The notes: generated from the sequence alone by a model not told the origin. DNA of 64,000 nucleotides from an uncultured Clostridia bacterium (GCA_946055105.1 CAMGEK010000001.1:414-64413), one strand, 5' to 3'; positions 46,222 to 56,656 are shown, counted from the first letter of the stretch. Program-made: numbers and translations.

Positions 46222-46322
46222 AATCGGGACAAAAAAATAAAATCGGCGCAAACGGACGTCCTTTTGGTTTATCTGTTTCTTCCAAACAGATAAAAAAATA
46301 TTTATCAGGAAAAGGTGGGAGA

Positions 46323-49300
46323 ATGAAGAAAAAGAGCTTAGGAATTTTAATGCTTGCGCTCGCGGCGGCGTGTACGTTGGGAGCGGGAATCGGCGCGAAC
46401 GCGCCGCAGGTTTCGGCGGCGGAAGGCGTCGGAATGCAGAGCGACGGGGATTCGTTCCTGCTCGGTAGCGCGTCTTATGCGGCGGGCGAAAGTTTCGTCT
46501 ATACGGCGACGGCGTATTTCAACAACGCCGAAAGTCAGGCGGCGGGCATCGCGTTCGGCGCGGCGCAGGGCGATCATTATTGGGTATTCAACGTCGATCG
46601 GGCGGAGAATCGAGTGAAACTGCTCTATTTCACGGGGAGCGAAGGGAATTACTCGGCGACGGAGTTGAAGAGCGATTGGTATCTCGGCAACGATTTGTTG
46701 ACGGAGAGCGAAAGATCGCTCGTCAATCCGAAAGTCAGGACGATTCCGAGCGTTCAGCTCAAAGTCGTGGTCTCTGCGGAAATCGACGGCGTGTATGCGG
46801 AGTTCTATGCGGACAATATCCGTCGTTTCGGTTTGGACGAGGCGATTCGTCTGAACGACCTGCAACCGGGGATTACCTATACGGGCGGCGCGTTGGGATT
46901 TAACGTCTTTCACGCGGACGTGCGGTTCGATTCCGTCTACGACGGAGCGAGCGACTATTCCTACTATACGGAATTGTACCGTCAGCAATACCATTTTTCG
47001 CAGTACGCGCATTGGAACAACGATCCGAACGGATTGGTGTATTACGACGGATATTATCACGTTTTCTATCAGCATAATCCCTTCGGCAACACCTGGGGAG
47101 ACATGTATTGGGGACACGCGCGGAGCGCCGATCTCGCGCATTGGGAGCTGTTGCCTGTCTGCCTCTTTCCCGACGCGGATTACCGCGGGAACACGGCAGG
47201 GTTTATGTGGTCGGGTTCCGCGATGGTATACCGTCGCGGCATGAGCGCCGCGATCGACGACGCGGGCTGGTTTTCGGGCGAGAGCGGACTGATCGCGTTT
47301 TACACGCGCGACGGCGCGATGCAGGATCAGATGATCATGTCGAGCGACGACGGCGGCATGACCTGGACGAAACGGAAACTCATCGAACAGCAGATCGCGA
47401 CGGGCGCGGGTTCGGGCAGGACGGACTGCCGAGATCCCAAGGTGTTCCCCGTCGAAACTTCGGGCGAAAGCGTGACGCGCTGGGGCATGATTCTTTCGGG
47501 AATGGCGACGAACGATATTTGGTTTTTGCAATCGGAAGATCTTCTGAATTGGTCTTACGCGGGCGGATTCAAAGCGGAGAAACCCGAGTGTCCCGATCTT
47601 GTCACCGTGCGGGCGGACGACGGAACGGACAAGACGGTCATATCTTTGACGGGGCGGCGGTATCTCGTCGGGAGAGTCGCCTATGAGGGCGGCATGATCA
47701 GATTTTATGCGACGGTCGGGGGCGAAGAGCGGGATCTGAGCGCGCTCGACCTGAGCGAAATTCCCTTCGAGACGATGGATTACGGTCCCGATTCGTATGC
47801 GACGCAGACCTTTTATATCGACGACGCAACGAGCGCGTATCACGGAAAAACCGTGTCGCTGTCCTGGTTCAGCGGCGTGCCCGGCGCGGCGGCGTCGATC
47901 GAGAGCGGTTCGCTTGCGGCGCTCCGCAAGGTCTGGAACGGCGGCGGAATGACCATTCCCGTCGTCTGGGGACTGAAATCTTCGGACGGGAAATACCTGC
48001 TGACGCAGACCCCGATCGTGAAAGATTCCGACGCCTTCGATAAGACGCAGCTGTATGCAGCCTCGGACGTTGTCGTGCGGGCGGGAGAAAATCTGCTTGC
48101 GGGCGTCGAGGGACGGAATACGGAGATCGCGGCGACGGTGGAAAATCCGAACGGCGTTCCCGTCGCGTTCCGCGTGCGTACGGGCGGAGAGGAATATACG
48201 GAGATCGGCTGGAACCAAACGGAGGGTTACTACGTCGACCGCAGTCATACCTCCGACGGCGGACTTACGATGAACGCCTACCGCGCCCGCTTCACGTCGG
48301 GTGCGCGACCGTCCGAAACGCAGACCTTCTATCTTCTCGTGGACGACGGCGGGCTGGAAGTTTTCTGCGAGGACTTCACCGTACCCTTCTACGTTCTGAC
48401 GTTTGCCTTCCCCGCGTCCACGGGACTGAGTTTCACGGCGGACGGCGAGGCGACGGTGACGAGCCTGACGGTAAACGAAATCGGAAGCGTATGGCGCGAC
48501 GGTACGGCGGTCGGCGAAGATACGGCGCTCTACCTGACTTCGGAATCGTTGGAACTCGATCTGACGATCACGAAAGAAAAGGAGATTCTGGCATACTCGA
48601 TTGCGGGCGGCGAAATCGCATGGAGCGTCGAGAGCGGCGAGGACGTCGTCGCGTTGACGGAGACGGCGCAGGGCGTGCGCGTCACGGCGGTCGGCGGCGG
48701 CGAAGCGGTGATCAAAGCTTCGTGTATGGGCGATGAAAAATTCGTTACCGTGACGGTGGAAAGCGGCGCGATCGGATCCGATCTCTCGTTTTCGCAGTCG
48801 GGAATCCTCTCGGGCGAATGGCTGATGACGGAAAACGGCGTCGTCGCGAAACAGCCGAACGGCGACGGATTCATTCTGACGAACGCGAGCGGGAGAGACT
48901 TCGTCTATACGGTGAGATGCAATCTCGGCGAGGGAGTCGCGGCGGCGGTCGTATTCCGCGCGACGGCGGACTTATCCGAGTACTATATCGCAAATTACGA
49001 CAGAAACGAAAACATCGTGAAGCTGTGGTCGGCGCGCCGCGAACTCATGCGCGTTCCTGCGGGAGAGGTGAATTCCTCCGACTTTCTTCTCTCCGTTACG
49101 GCGGTCGGAAACAACGTAAAAGTCAGTCTCAACGGCAGACAGATGATCGACGTGACGGACACGGACGAGGGCGCGCCGACGGAAGGGCTTCTGGGGCTCA
49201 ACGTGTGCGCGACGCGTCAACCGGCGGTGTTCTCGATGATTTCTTACCGTTCGGCGAGAGAGACCTATACGGGCGGATCGCTGAGCGTGAAAGGGGATTC

Positions 49301-49877
49301 GGAACAATACATATCGGCAGTCTATAACCGTACGCTCGGAAACGTGCGCGTCAACGCGGCGTTCTATCAGGTTTCCGGAAGGACGATCACGATCGGGGAA
49401 GCGTATTTCTCGTCGTTGAAAGTCGGCGTGTACGAGTTTTACGCGGTCGGGAGCGATACGACGTTTGAGTTCGTCGTCGAGGTTCTGTCGACGTCGGGCA
49501 AGCCGATCTATTCGTCCGAAATCGATTACGGATGCGACGCGGCGATCTACACGGGCGCGGCGGAGATCGGAACGGTCAAGGTAAACGGCAGAGCGCTCGC
49601 CGCGACGGAATACGAAATCAAAAACGGAACGGTCACGATCTATGCGAGCGCGTTGACGGTCGGAGAAAACGTGGTGCAGCTTTCGGATACGCTGACGGTG
49701 ACGGTCACGGTCAACGAACAAGCCGTGATCGGGGAAGCGACGGAATCGGGCGGCGGGCTCGGCACGGGCGCGATCGTCGGGATCTCGGTCGGCTGTTCCG
49801 CGGCGGGACTTGCGGCGATCGGGACGGTCGTATTCCTCGCGGTACGCAGGAGGAGAAAACATGGCGACGACGATTAA
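46323..49877 (+). CDS. surface-anchored GH32 fructan hydrolase (levanase/inulinase type), multidomain, 1184 aa
   Basis: It has a signal peptide and the GH32 motifs HWNNDPNG, CRDPKVF and PECPDL. There are two concanavalin/LamG-like modules resembling levanase CBMs (GDSFLL.. and GDGFILT..GLNV). There is an Ig-like segment (VTAVGGGEAVIKASC). A C-terminal TM plus RRRRKH stop-transfer sequence is present. Confidence 0.85.
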   Translation: MKKKSLGILMLALAAACTLGAGIGANAPQVSAAEGVGMQSDGDSFLLGSASYAAGESFVYTATAYFNNAESQAAGIAFGAAQGDHYWVFNVDRAENRVKLLYFTGSEGNYSATELKSDWYLGNDLLTESERSLVNPKVRTIPSVQLKVVVSAEIDGVYAEFYADNIRRFGLDEAIRLNDLQPGITYTGGALGFNVFHADVRFDSVYDGASDYSYYTELYRQQYHFSQYAHWNNDPNGLVYYDGYYHVFYQHNPFGNTWGDMYWGHARSADLAHWELLPVCLFPDADYRGNTAGFMWSGSAMVYRRGMSAAIDDAGWFSGESGLIAFYTRDGAMQDQMIMSSDDGGMTWTKRKLIEQQIATGAGSGRTDCRDPKVFPVETSGESVTRWGMILSGMATNDIWFLQSEDLLNWSYAGGFKAEKPECPDLVTVRADDGTDKTVISLTGRRYLVGRVAYEGGMIRFYATVGGEERDLSALDLSEIPFETMDYGPDSYATQTFYIDDATSAYHGKTVSLSWFSGVPGAAASIESGSLAALRKVWNGGGMTIPVVWGLKSSDGKYLLTQTPIVKDSDAFDKTQLYAASDVVVRAGENLLAGVEGRNTEIAATVENPNGVPVAFRVRTGGEEYTEIGWNQTEGYYVDRSHTSDGGLTMNAYRARFTSGARPSETQTFYLLVDDGGLEVFCEDFTVPFYVLTFAFPASTGLSFTADGEATVTSLTVNEIGSVWRDGTAVGEDTALYLTSESLELDLTITKEKEILAYSIAGGEIAWSVESGEDVVALTETAQGVRVTAVGGGEAVIKASCMGDEKFVTVTVESGAIGSDLSFSQSGILSGEWLMTENGVVAKQPNGDGFILTNASGRDFVYTVRCNLGEGVAAAVVFRATADLSEYYIANYDRNENIVKLWSARRELMRVPAGEVNSSDFLLSVTAVGNNVKVSLNGRQMIDVTDTDEGAPTEGLLGLNVCATRQPAVFSMISYRSARETYTGGSLSVKGDSEQYISAVYNRTLGNVRVNAAFYQVSGRTITIGEAYFSSLKVGVYEFYAVGSDTTFEFVVEVLSTSGKPIYSSEIDYGCDAAIYTGAAEIGTVKVNGRALAATEYEIKNGTVTIYASALTVGENVVQLSDTLTVTVTVNEQAVIGEATESGGGLGTGAIVGISVGCSAAGLAAIGTVVFLAVRRRRKHGDDD

Positions 49878-50832
49878 GGACGTGGCGAAACGCGCGGGCG
49901 TGGGCGTGGGAACGGTATCCCGCGTTCTGAACGGAGAAAAGAACGTCAATCCCGCGACGCAGGAATTGGTTCAGAACGCCATACGGGAGCTGAATTATAT
50001 CCCCAACCGCATGGCGTCAAGATTGCGGAAAAACTCTTCAAACATCATCGCGTTGCTCGTTCCCGTCATCGACCACCCTTTCTTCGCGCAGTTCGCCTAT
50101 TACGCGGAGGACGAGGCGGATCGGTTCGGATATTCGCTGTTGTTGGTCTCGTCGCAGCGTCGGATCTGCAAAGAGAGCGAAATCATCGCGCGGATCCGCA
50201 GGCGGGAAGTGGACGGCGCGCTGTTTCTGACGCACTTTGAACACGATCCCGAGGAAATGGAGGGCTGTGCGATCGTATCGGTGGACCGTCCGTTGGGGAA
50301 CGGGATTCCGTACGTTACTTCGGATAATTACGAGGCGACGAAAAAGGCGGTCGAATACCTGATCTCCCGCGGTTGCAGGAACGTCGGCTACGTCGGAACG
50401 AAACCGCTGATGGCTTCGGAAGTGTTGCGGCGGGAGGAGGCGTATCGGGAGGTCATGGCGGAACACGGTATGCCGTGCAGGATCTCCAACGACGTCACGT
50501 TGCACGGCGAAGAGAGCAAGGTCGTAAACGAATTTTTTGAGAAATTTCCCGACGTGGACGGCGTGTTCGCTTCGGGATATACGATGGCGCAGGCGTTGTA
50601 CGAAACGGCGGTCGGTCGCGGACGGAGGATTCCCGAAGAGATGCAGATCGTCTCCTACGACGGAGCGTTCTATCAATGGGGAAACAATCATTCGCTCACC
50701 TGCGTGGAACAGCCCGTCGAACAGATGGCGCGGACGGCGGTGAAGTTGCTGATGCGGAAGATCGAGGGGGAAGACGCGCCCGTGAGAACGATGCTTCAAA
50801 CGACGTTTTCCGTCGGTTCTTCCACCAGATAA
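49861..50832 (+). CDS. LacI family transcriptional regulator
   Basis: It has MATTIKDVAKRAGVGVGTVSRVLNG (HTH) and a periplasmic-binding-protein-like core. It overlaps the GH32 gene by 17 nt. Confidence 0.9.
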   Translation: MATTIKDVAKRAGVGVGTVSRVLNGEKNVNPATQELVQNAIRELNYIPNRMASRLRKNSSNIIALLVPVIDHPFFAQFAYYAEDEADRFGYSLLLVSSQRRICKESEIIARIRRREVDGALFLTHFEHDPEEMEGCAIVSVDRPLGNGIPYVTSDNYEATKKAVEYLISRGCRNVGYVGTKPLMASEVLRREEAYREVMAEHGMPCRISNDVTLHGEESKVVNEFFEKFPDVDGVFASGYTMAQALYETAVGRGRRIPEEMQIVSYDGAFYQWGNNHSLTCVEQPVEQMARTAVKLLMRKIEGEDAPVRTMLQTTFSVGSSTR

Positions 50833-50886
50833 CGGTACGAAGCGAGAAATCGGTTCAGATAAAAAAGAGAAAGAAAGGAGGATATT

Positions 50887-52209
50887 ATGAGAAACTTTAT
50901 CAAGAAAGCGGTAGCATTGGCGTTGTCCTGTACGGCGGCGCTGGGATTGGCGGGGTGCGGCGAAACGCCCGACGCCGAAACGGGCGCGGTGGACGAGAGC
51001 GGCAACACCGTCGTGAAAGTCATGTTCCACGTGGACGAATCCAGCGCGGAGGGAAAGGCGTACAAACAGCGCGTCTCCGCCTTCAATACGGACTATAAGA
51101 GCGAGAATATCAAGATCTCCGCGACCTTCAAGGCGCGCGACGACAACAGCATGACGGGGTACGATACCGAGCTTTCGTCCATGCTCAACGCGGGAAATCT
51201 GCCCGACATCATCACGTTCGACGCGCCCAACTGCGCCAGCTATGCCGCAACGGGACTGTTGTACGATCTGAGTTCGCTCGTCCCGCAGGACGTTCAGGAC
51301 GACTTTATTTCCCTCAACGAGTACGACGGAAAGCTGTACGGACTTCCCATTCAGGAGTCGAGCGCGGGATTTTTCTATAACAAAGCGTTGCTCGATCAGG
51401 CGGGCGTAAACGTTTCCGGTTACACCGTGGAGAATCCCTGGACCTTCGATCAGTTCAAAGAGGTCTGCCAAAAACTCAAAAACGCCGGCATTCAGGCGGT
51501 CGATATGCGGTTGCGTGAAAATACGGGCGAACAGTCCACCTATCTGCTCTATCCGTTCATTTACGCGGCGGGCGGTCAGTTCGTCTCCCAAGACGGGTTC
51601 ACCGCGACGGGTTATTTTAACGGGACGGGCGCCGAAAGCGGATTCCGGTTCATCAAAGATCTGGTGGACGCGCAATATACCTCGTTTACGGTCGGCGCGG
51701 ACAGCAATTCCGATTTCATGAACGGCAAGGTCGGACTCTACCTCTCGTCCGGCTGGACGATTCCCGACATCAGGGAAAAATACGAATCCAACTTCCCCTC
51801 AGGCTGGGGAATCCTGCCCTATCCTAAGGGAACGGTAGCGGCGAGCGCGACGGGGAGCTGGTCGTTCGGGATCACGGACAATCAGCACACGGATAAGTCG
51901 AAGATCATCAAGGCGCTTCTGTATCTCGTAACGCCCGAAAGCTCCAAAGCGATCACGAACGCGACGGGCATGATCCCCGCGTTGAAATCGGTCGAAACCA
52001 ACTATGCGGCGGGTTCTCCCGAGAGCGTGCTCCGGAACCAGTTGCAGACGACGGGCAAAGAGCGTCCCGTGACGGTCGGCTATCCGAAGTTCTCCACTTG
52101 TTTCAGAAACGTGCTGACCGCGATCAACGGCGGAAAATCGGTTGCCGAAGCGTTAAACACCGAGGCGACTTCCTTGCAACAGGAACTGAATAAACTCAAA
52201 GGGGTGTAA
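50887..52209 (+). CDS. ABC sugar transporter substrate-binding lipoprotein
   Basis: It has the lipobox LGLAGC and is 440 aa, consistent with family-1 SBP. It lies upstream of two permease genes. Confidence 0.85.
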   Translation: MRNFIKKAVALALSCTAALGLAGCGETPDAETGAVDESGNTVVKVMFHVDESSAEGKAYKQRVSAFNTDYKSENIKISATFKARDDNSMTGYDTELSSMLNAGNLPDIITFDAPNCASYAATGLLYDLSSLVPQDVQDDFISLNEYDGKLYGLPIQESSAGFFYNKALLDQAGVNVSGYTVENPWTFDQFKEVCQKLKNAGIQAVDMRLRENTGEQSTYLLYPFIYAAGGQFVSQDGFTATGYFNGTGAESGFRFIKDLVDAQYTSFTVGADSNSDFMNGKVGLYLSSGWTIPDIREKYESNFPSGWGILPYPKGTVAASATGSWSFGITDNQHTDKSKIIKALLYLVTPESSKAITNATGMIPALKSVETNYAAGSPESVLRNQLQTTGKERPVTVGYPKFSTCFRNVLTAINGGKSVAEALNTEATSLQQELNKLKGV

Positions 52210-52213
52210 CGCC

Positions 52214-53188
52214 ATGTGGGGATCCGTTTTACTCATTCTCGCCTGCTTCGTCGCGTTGTTCGTTGCGTTCTCCGTAAAGGACGTCGTGGCGATGAAAAAG
52301 AGGGGCGGAAAATATCGGATCAAGACGACGATGGCAGCCTACGGCATGTTGGCTCCCGCAATCGTCCTCGCGTTCATCTTCGTCATGCTGCCGATCATTT
52401 ATTCGCTCGGATACTCGTTTACGGACTTCTATCTGTTGAAGCCGAACGACATTCATTTCTGCATGCTGGATAATTTCAAAGATATCTTCCGCGAAATCGG
52501 CGCAAAGGGCGACATGTACCACGCGATCGTCAATACGGCGATCTTCGTGGTGTGCGTCGTACCGTTGCAGATCGGACTCGCGTTGGGGCTCGCCCTGTTC
52601 GTCAACCGCAAACTGCGCGCCGTGGGAATCTTCAAAGTCTGTTTCTTTGCGCCCGTCGTCATTTCGCTGACCATTACGGCGTATCTGTGGATGCAGATTT
52701 TGTCTCCCTCCCAATACGGTCTGCTCAATTCCTTTCTGGGATTGTTCGGCGCGGAGCCGCAGGACTTTCTGAATAATCAGAAGACGGCGATGCTCTGGAT
52801 CGTCCTGATGAGCGCATGGCAGGGTTGCGGATATCAGATGCTGATCTTCCTGTCGGGACTGACGAATATCCGCAAAGAATTGTACGAAGCGGCTTCGCTG
52901 GACGGCGCGACGGCGTGGGATCAGTTCCTGCACATTACCTGTCCCGGACTGCGCTCCACGTTCCTGTTCATCGTGATCACGGTATTTGTCGGCGCGTGCC
53001 GCGTAATGGTTCAGCCGATGGTGTTGACGGGGTATCAGACGCATACGATGACGCTGAGTTATTACATGTACGTTCAGGGCTATACCTACCGTTGGGTGGG
53101 ATATTCGTCCGCGGTCGCCCTTCTCATGACCATCGTCATCGGATCGATTACCTTGATTCAGAGAAGAGTATTAAGGGAGAAAGACTGA
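52214..53188 (+). CDS. ABC sugar transporter permease (MalF/UgpA-like)
   Basis: It has six or more TM segments and an EAA-type loop (YEAASLDGAT.WDQF). The alternative start at ATG 52292 would remove an extra N-terminal TM. Confidence 0.85.
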   Translation: MWGSVLLILACFVALFVAFSVKDVVAMKKRGGKYRIKTTMAAYGMLAPAIVLAFIFVMLPIIYSLGYSFTDFYLLKPNDIHFCMLDNFKDIFREIGAKGDMYHAIVNTAIFVVCVVPLQIGLALGLALFVNRKLRAVGIFKVCFFAPVVISLTITAYLWMQILSPSQYGLLNSFLGLFGAEPQDFLNNQKTAMLWIVLMSAWQGCGYQMLIFLSGLTNIRKELYEAASLDGATAWDQFLHITCPGLRSTFLFIVITVFVGACRVMVQPMVLTGYQTHTMTLSYYMYVQGYTYRWVGYSSAVALLMTIVIGSITLIQRRVLREKD

Positions 53189-53189
53189 T

Positions 53190-54119
53190 ATGGAAGAGAT
53201 CTTAACCGAAACAATCGCGACGGAAGCGAAGAGAACGCACCGCCGCGCGCAACGGTCGAAAATCGTCCGTCTGACGGTATTTTACGTCGCGGGCGTCGTG
53301 ATGGCGCTCGTGTTCCTGTTCCCGCTCATCTATATGCTGGCGACGTCGGGAAAGAGCGAGATCACCTTGGCGGCGGAGGCGGGAAGCGTCTCCATGTTCC
53401 TGCCCGATTTCTCCTCGATGTCCACGATGTTCGATAACTATAAAAAGGTCATCGTATCGTACGGAATCTGGAAAAACGCGCTGAACAGCTTGACGTACGC
53501 CGCCGTCGTGATCGTGCTCAATATCATCGTGAACGGACTTGCGGGCTACGTCATGGCGAAGTTCGATTTTCCGGGTAAAGGGCTGCTGTCCTTTCTCATT
53601 CTGTTCCTCATCATCGTTCCCGTGGAGACGAGCATCATTCCGCTCTATTCCATCGTGACGGTGTTGTTGCAACTCAAAGGCACGGCTTCCGTTCTGGCGG
53701 TGATTCTTCCCGCCGCGATTAGCGTGTTCAATATCTTTCTGTTCATTCAATTCTTCGAGAGCATTCCCAAGGAATACGAAGAAGCGGCGCGGCTGGACGG
53801 CGCGGGAAACCTCAGAATCTTCTTCTCGATGATCCTGCCCCTCTCCAAACCCATCGTCGCGACGGTTGCGACCTTCTGTTTCATCGGCGTCTGGAACGAC
53901 TACGTCTGGCCGCTCATGGTGCTGCCGTATGCGGGAGAAGGGGAATGGTCGCTCTATCCCATACAGGCGGTGCTCACGTCGATCAAGACGATCCGCGGCG
54001 TTACGACGGGCGAAGTCATGGCGTCCCTCGTCATTGCGAGCGTGCCGATCTTCATCGTGTACGTCGTGGCGCAGAAGTATATCGTGCAGGGCTTCGGTTC
54101 GGCGGGATTGAAAATGTAA
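53190..54119 (+). CDS. ABC sugar transporter permease (MalG/UgpE-like)
   Basis: It has the EAA loop YEEAARLDGAGNLRIFFSMILP and six TM segments. Confidence 0.85.
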   Translation: MEEILTETIATEAKRTHRRAQRSKIVRLTVFYVAGVVMALVFLFPLIYMLATSGKSEITLAAEAGSVSMFLPDFSSMSTMFDNYKKVIVSYGIWKNALNSLTYAAVVIVLNIIVNGLAGYVMAKFDFPGKGLLSFLILFLIIVPVETSIIPLYSIVTVLLQLKGTASVLAVILPAAISVFNIFLFIQFFESIPKEYEEAARLDGAGNLRIFFSMILPLSKPIVATVATFCFIGVWNDYVWPLMVLPYAGEGEWSLYPIQAVLTSIKTIRGVTTGEVMASLVIASVPIFIVYVVAQKYIVQGFGSAGLKM

Positions 54120-54153
54120 CGTCCGATCGGAAGTTCAAAAAAAGAGGTGGAAA

Positions 54154-56655
54154 ATGAAACAATCGACAAAAATCACGGCGGTCGTCACGGCGTGCGCGAT
54201 GAGTTTCGCGGCGCTGGCGCTCGGCGGCTGTAACGACGAGGAGATCCAGGCTCCCGCCGGAAACGATCTTGTGCTGTCCTATTCGTTCGACGAGGCGTCG
54301 GGCACAACGGTGAAAGAATCGGTCGCGGGCACGGACTCCAAAATCGCATACGTTTTTAATACGGAAAATCAGGCGAATCTGCTCAAACCCGCTTCCGAGC
54401 CTCTGCGGCGGAAGGGGGTGAGCGGAAACGCGCTCTATCTGGACGGAAATTCGACGTACGTCGCGAACGACGACTTCCGACAGCCGAAGAACGCGTTTAC
54501 GGTCTCGGCATGGGTGGCTCCGCGCGTATTTGAAAATCTTCCGAACTACGAGAGCGTCTATGCGGCGGGGAATACCCGACTGACCTCCATCGTCAATAAA
54601 GGCGACATCGATATGGGCGAGGGATTCCTGCTCGGATACGGCAGGCTCGGTCTCTGGGGAATCCAGCTCGCGGTCTACAATAAGGATACGGACGAGGAGA
54701 GCGTCCTTTCGTTCTACGATCCGATCAACGCGCTTTCGCTGTACGAGTGGTCGCACGTTGCGGTGAGTTACGACGGCAAGACGGGCTATATCGCGCTGTT
54801 TTATAACGGCGTCCGCTCCTATGAAGCGGTGATTCCCGAACTTGCGAATACCGAAATCGTTCTCTCCGACGAACCGCTGTATATCGGAAGATACGCGAAT
54901 CCGACGAAAATTTACGGTCTGGATACGCAGATGGTGGCGGGACTTTTGGACGAGGTGCGCATTTACGACGTTTCGCTCTCGCCCAAGCAGACGGAGGCTC
55001 TGTATCTCGAAGGCGCGGAAAACGGCGCGCATCCCGCTCTGAATTGGGAGGACGTCGCGCTGGATTCCTCGGTATACGAGGGCGACCGTTACCGCCCGCA
55101 GTATCATGCGATCCCGCCTGCGCTGTGGATGAACGAGCCGCATTCGCCGTTCTATTATCAAGGCAGATACCATGTGTTCTATCAGCACAATCCGGCAGGC
55201 CCGTATTGGGCGCAGATCCGTTGGGGGCATCTCGTCAGCGACGACATGATTCATTGGGAATACGTCAAAGACGCCGTAGTGCCGACGGCGGGCGTCTGCC
55301 CCGAGGGGGTATGGACGGGCGGAGCGTGCATCGGTCCCGACGGAACGCCGTGGCTCGCGATTACGGCGGGCACGAATACTTCGACGGTGAGCGGTCAGAA
55401 CGTCGCGTTCGCGCATCCCGCCGATCCGTCCGATCCCGATCTCGCGGATTGGGTGGTGGAGGACAGCGTCTCTCTCGCCCAGCCTGCGGGAGGCGAAGGC
55501 GAAATCGGTCAGTTCCGCGATCCGTTCGTCTGGTACGACGACGGCGTGTACTATATGATGATTTCCACGTCGATTCCGGGCGCGGGCGGTTCCGCAAACG
55601 TCTATACTTCCACCGACATGCGGGATTGGACTTATAAGGGCTATCTGTTTGAATGCGATTATAACGCCTATCCCGAACAGGGAATCCATTGGGAATGCGT
55701 CGTGATGTTGCCCATATCGAAGAAAGACGGCACGGGAACGAAATACGTTCTGTTCGACTGTCCTCAATACCCCGCGGACGCGCCGGTTCATACCTATTAT
55801 TGGATCGGTCAGTTCGATAAAAACGCCTGCCGTTTCGTTGCGGACGATCCCAAGCCGCGCTTATTCGACCTCGGCGGAATCTTCAACGGGCAGAACGGGT
55901 ACTGTTTCCTGACGGAAGAAGATATTGCGGCGGGAAAGACCTCTTACGATCAGGGGCGTTCGGTGGTGTACGCCATCAGTCAGGGGAAGGAGCTCGGCAC
56001 CACGCACAACTACTATTCGGGCTGGGCGCACAACTTCACGATGCCTGTGGAACTGTATCTCTCCGACGACGGAAACAACATTATTCGCGAGCCGATCCGC
56101 GAGCTCTCGTCGCTGCGCGAGGAGACGCTTTACGAGTACGTCGGAACGGGCAGAAACGCCGCGGAACTCAACGTCGCGATCTCTTCGGTGCGCGGAGATC
56201 TGTTGGAAATCGAGCTGGAATTCACGCTTTCGCCTGCGGCGGAAACGTTCCGGAGCGGGCTCAGCGTGCGCTACAATCCCACGACGAACAGCCTCGGTAC
56301 GGAGCGCACGGACGTCGTGTTCGGAAACGGAGGCGTGATGATCGACAGAACGCAGACCTCTCTGCAATACAGGAGTCTGGATTCGTCGGCGTTATGGGAG
56401 ACGTCGGCTCGCGCGTATTCGGTCAGAATTCTGCTCGACCGTTCGATGCTGGAAGTTTACGTAAACGGAATCATGAGCTTTACGACGCACGTCTATCCCA
56501 AGTACGGCGATTCGGACTATCTGCGTTTCTTCGACGAGGGAGCGGGCATGTCCGTGACGAAATTCATCGTCAGACGGCTTGGCAGCGCGTACACGGAGAC
56601 CGTAACGCCCGCTTATTACGGGAACACGGGAAATCTTTCCGACACGGGGGTGTAA
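54154..56655 (+). CDS. extracellular lipoprotein: LamG-like domain plus GH32 domain with an atypical WMNEPH motif
   Basis: It has the lipobox-like ALGGC. The LamG-type segment reads NALYLDGNS..AFTVSAWV..LLDEVRIYD. The GH32 core has YHAIPPALWMNEPHSP, FRDPFVW and HWECV. Confidence 0.8.
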   Translation: MKQSTKITAVVTACAMSFAALALGGCNDEEIQAPAGNDLVLSYSFDEASGTTVKESVAGTDSKIAYVFNTENQANLLKPASEPLRRKGVSGNALYLDGNSTYVANDDFRQPKNAFTVSAWVAPRVFENLPNYESVYAAGNTRLTSIVNKGDIDMGEGFLLGYGRLGLWGIQLAVYNKDTDEESVLSFYDPINALSLYEWSHVAVSYDGKTGYIALFYNGVRSYEAVIPELANTEIVLSDEPLYIGRYANPTKIYGLDTQMVAGLLDEVRIYDVSLSPKQTEALYLEGAENGAHPALNWEDVALDSSVYEGDRYRPQYHAIPPALWMNEPHSPFYYQGRYHVFYQHNPAGPYWAQIRWGHLVSDDMIHWEYVKDAVVPTAGVCPEGVWTGGACIGPDGTPWLAITAGTNTSTVSGQNVAFAHPADPSDPDLADWVVEDSVSLAQPAGGEGEIGQFRDPFVWYDDGVYYMMISTSIPGAGGSANVYTSTDMRDWTYKGYLFECDYNAYPEQGIHWECVVMLPISKKDGTGTKYVLFDCPQYPADAPVHTYYWIGQFDKNACRFVADDPKPRLFDLGGIFNGQNGYCFLTEEDIAAGKTSYDQGRSVVYAISQGKELGTTHNYYSGWAHNFTMPVELYLSDDGNNIIREPIRELSSLREETLYEYVGTGRNAAELNVAISSVRGDLLEIELEFTLSPAAETFRSGLSVRYNPTTNSLGTERTDVVFGNGGVMIDRTQTSLQYRSLDSSALWETSARAYSVRILLDRSMLEVYVNGIMSFTTHVYPKYGDSDYLRFFDEGAGMSVTKFIVRRLGSAYTETVTPAYYGNTGNLSDTGV

Positions 56656-56656
56656 G

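Noticed and set aside
45879-46232. A 117-aa minus-strand ORF in the ALDH/GH32 intergenic region.
   Set aside because: It spans a terminator, a promoter and both palindromic operators. It has no SD and is AT-rich regulatory DNA.
46269-46293. The hairpin TTATCTGTTT/AAACAGATAA as a terminator or attenuator in the fructan leader.
   Set aside because: It is followed by an A-run rather than a U-run on the sense strand. There is no antiterminator (RAT-like) partner and no BglG/SacY-type gene, so I left it as an unexplained leader hairpin.
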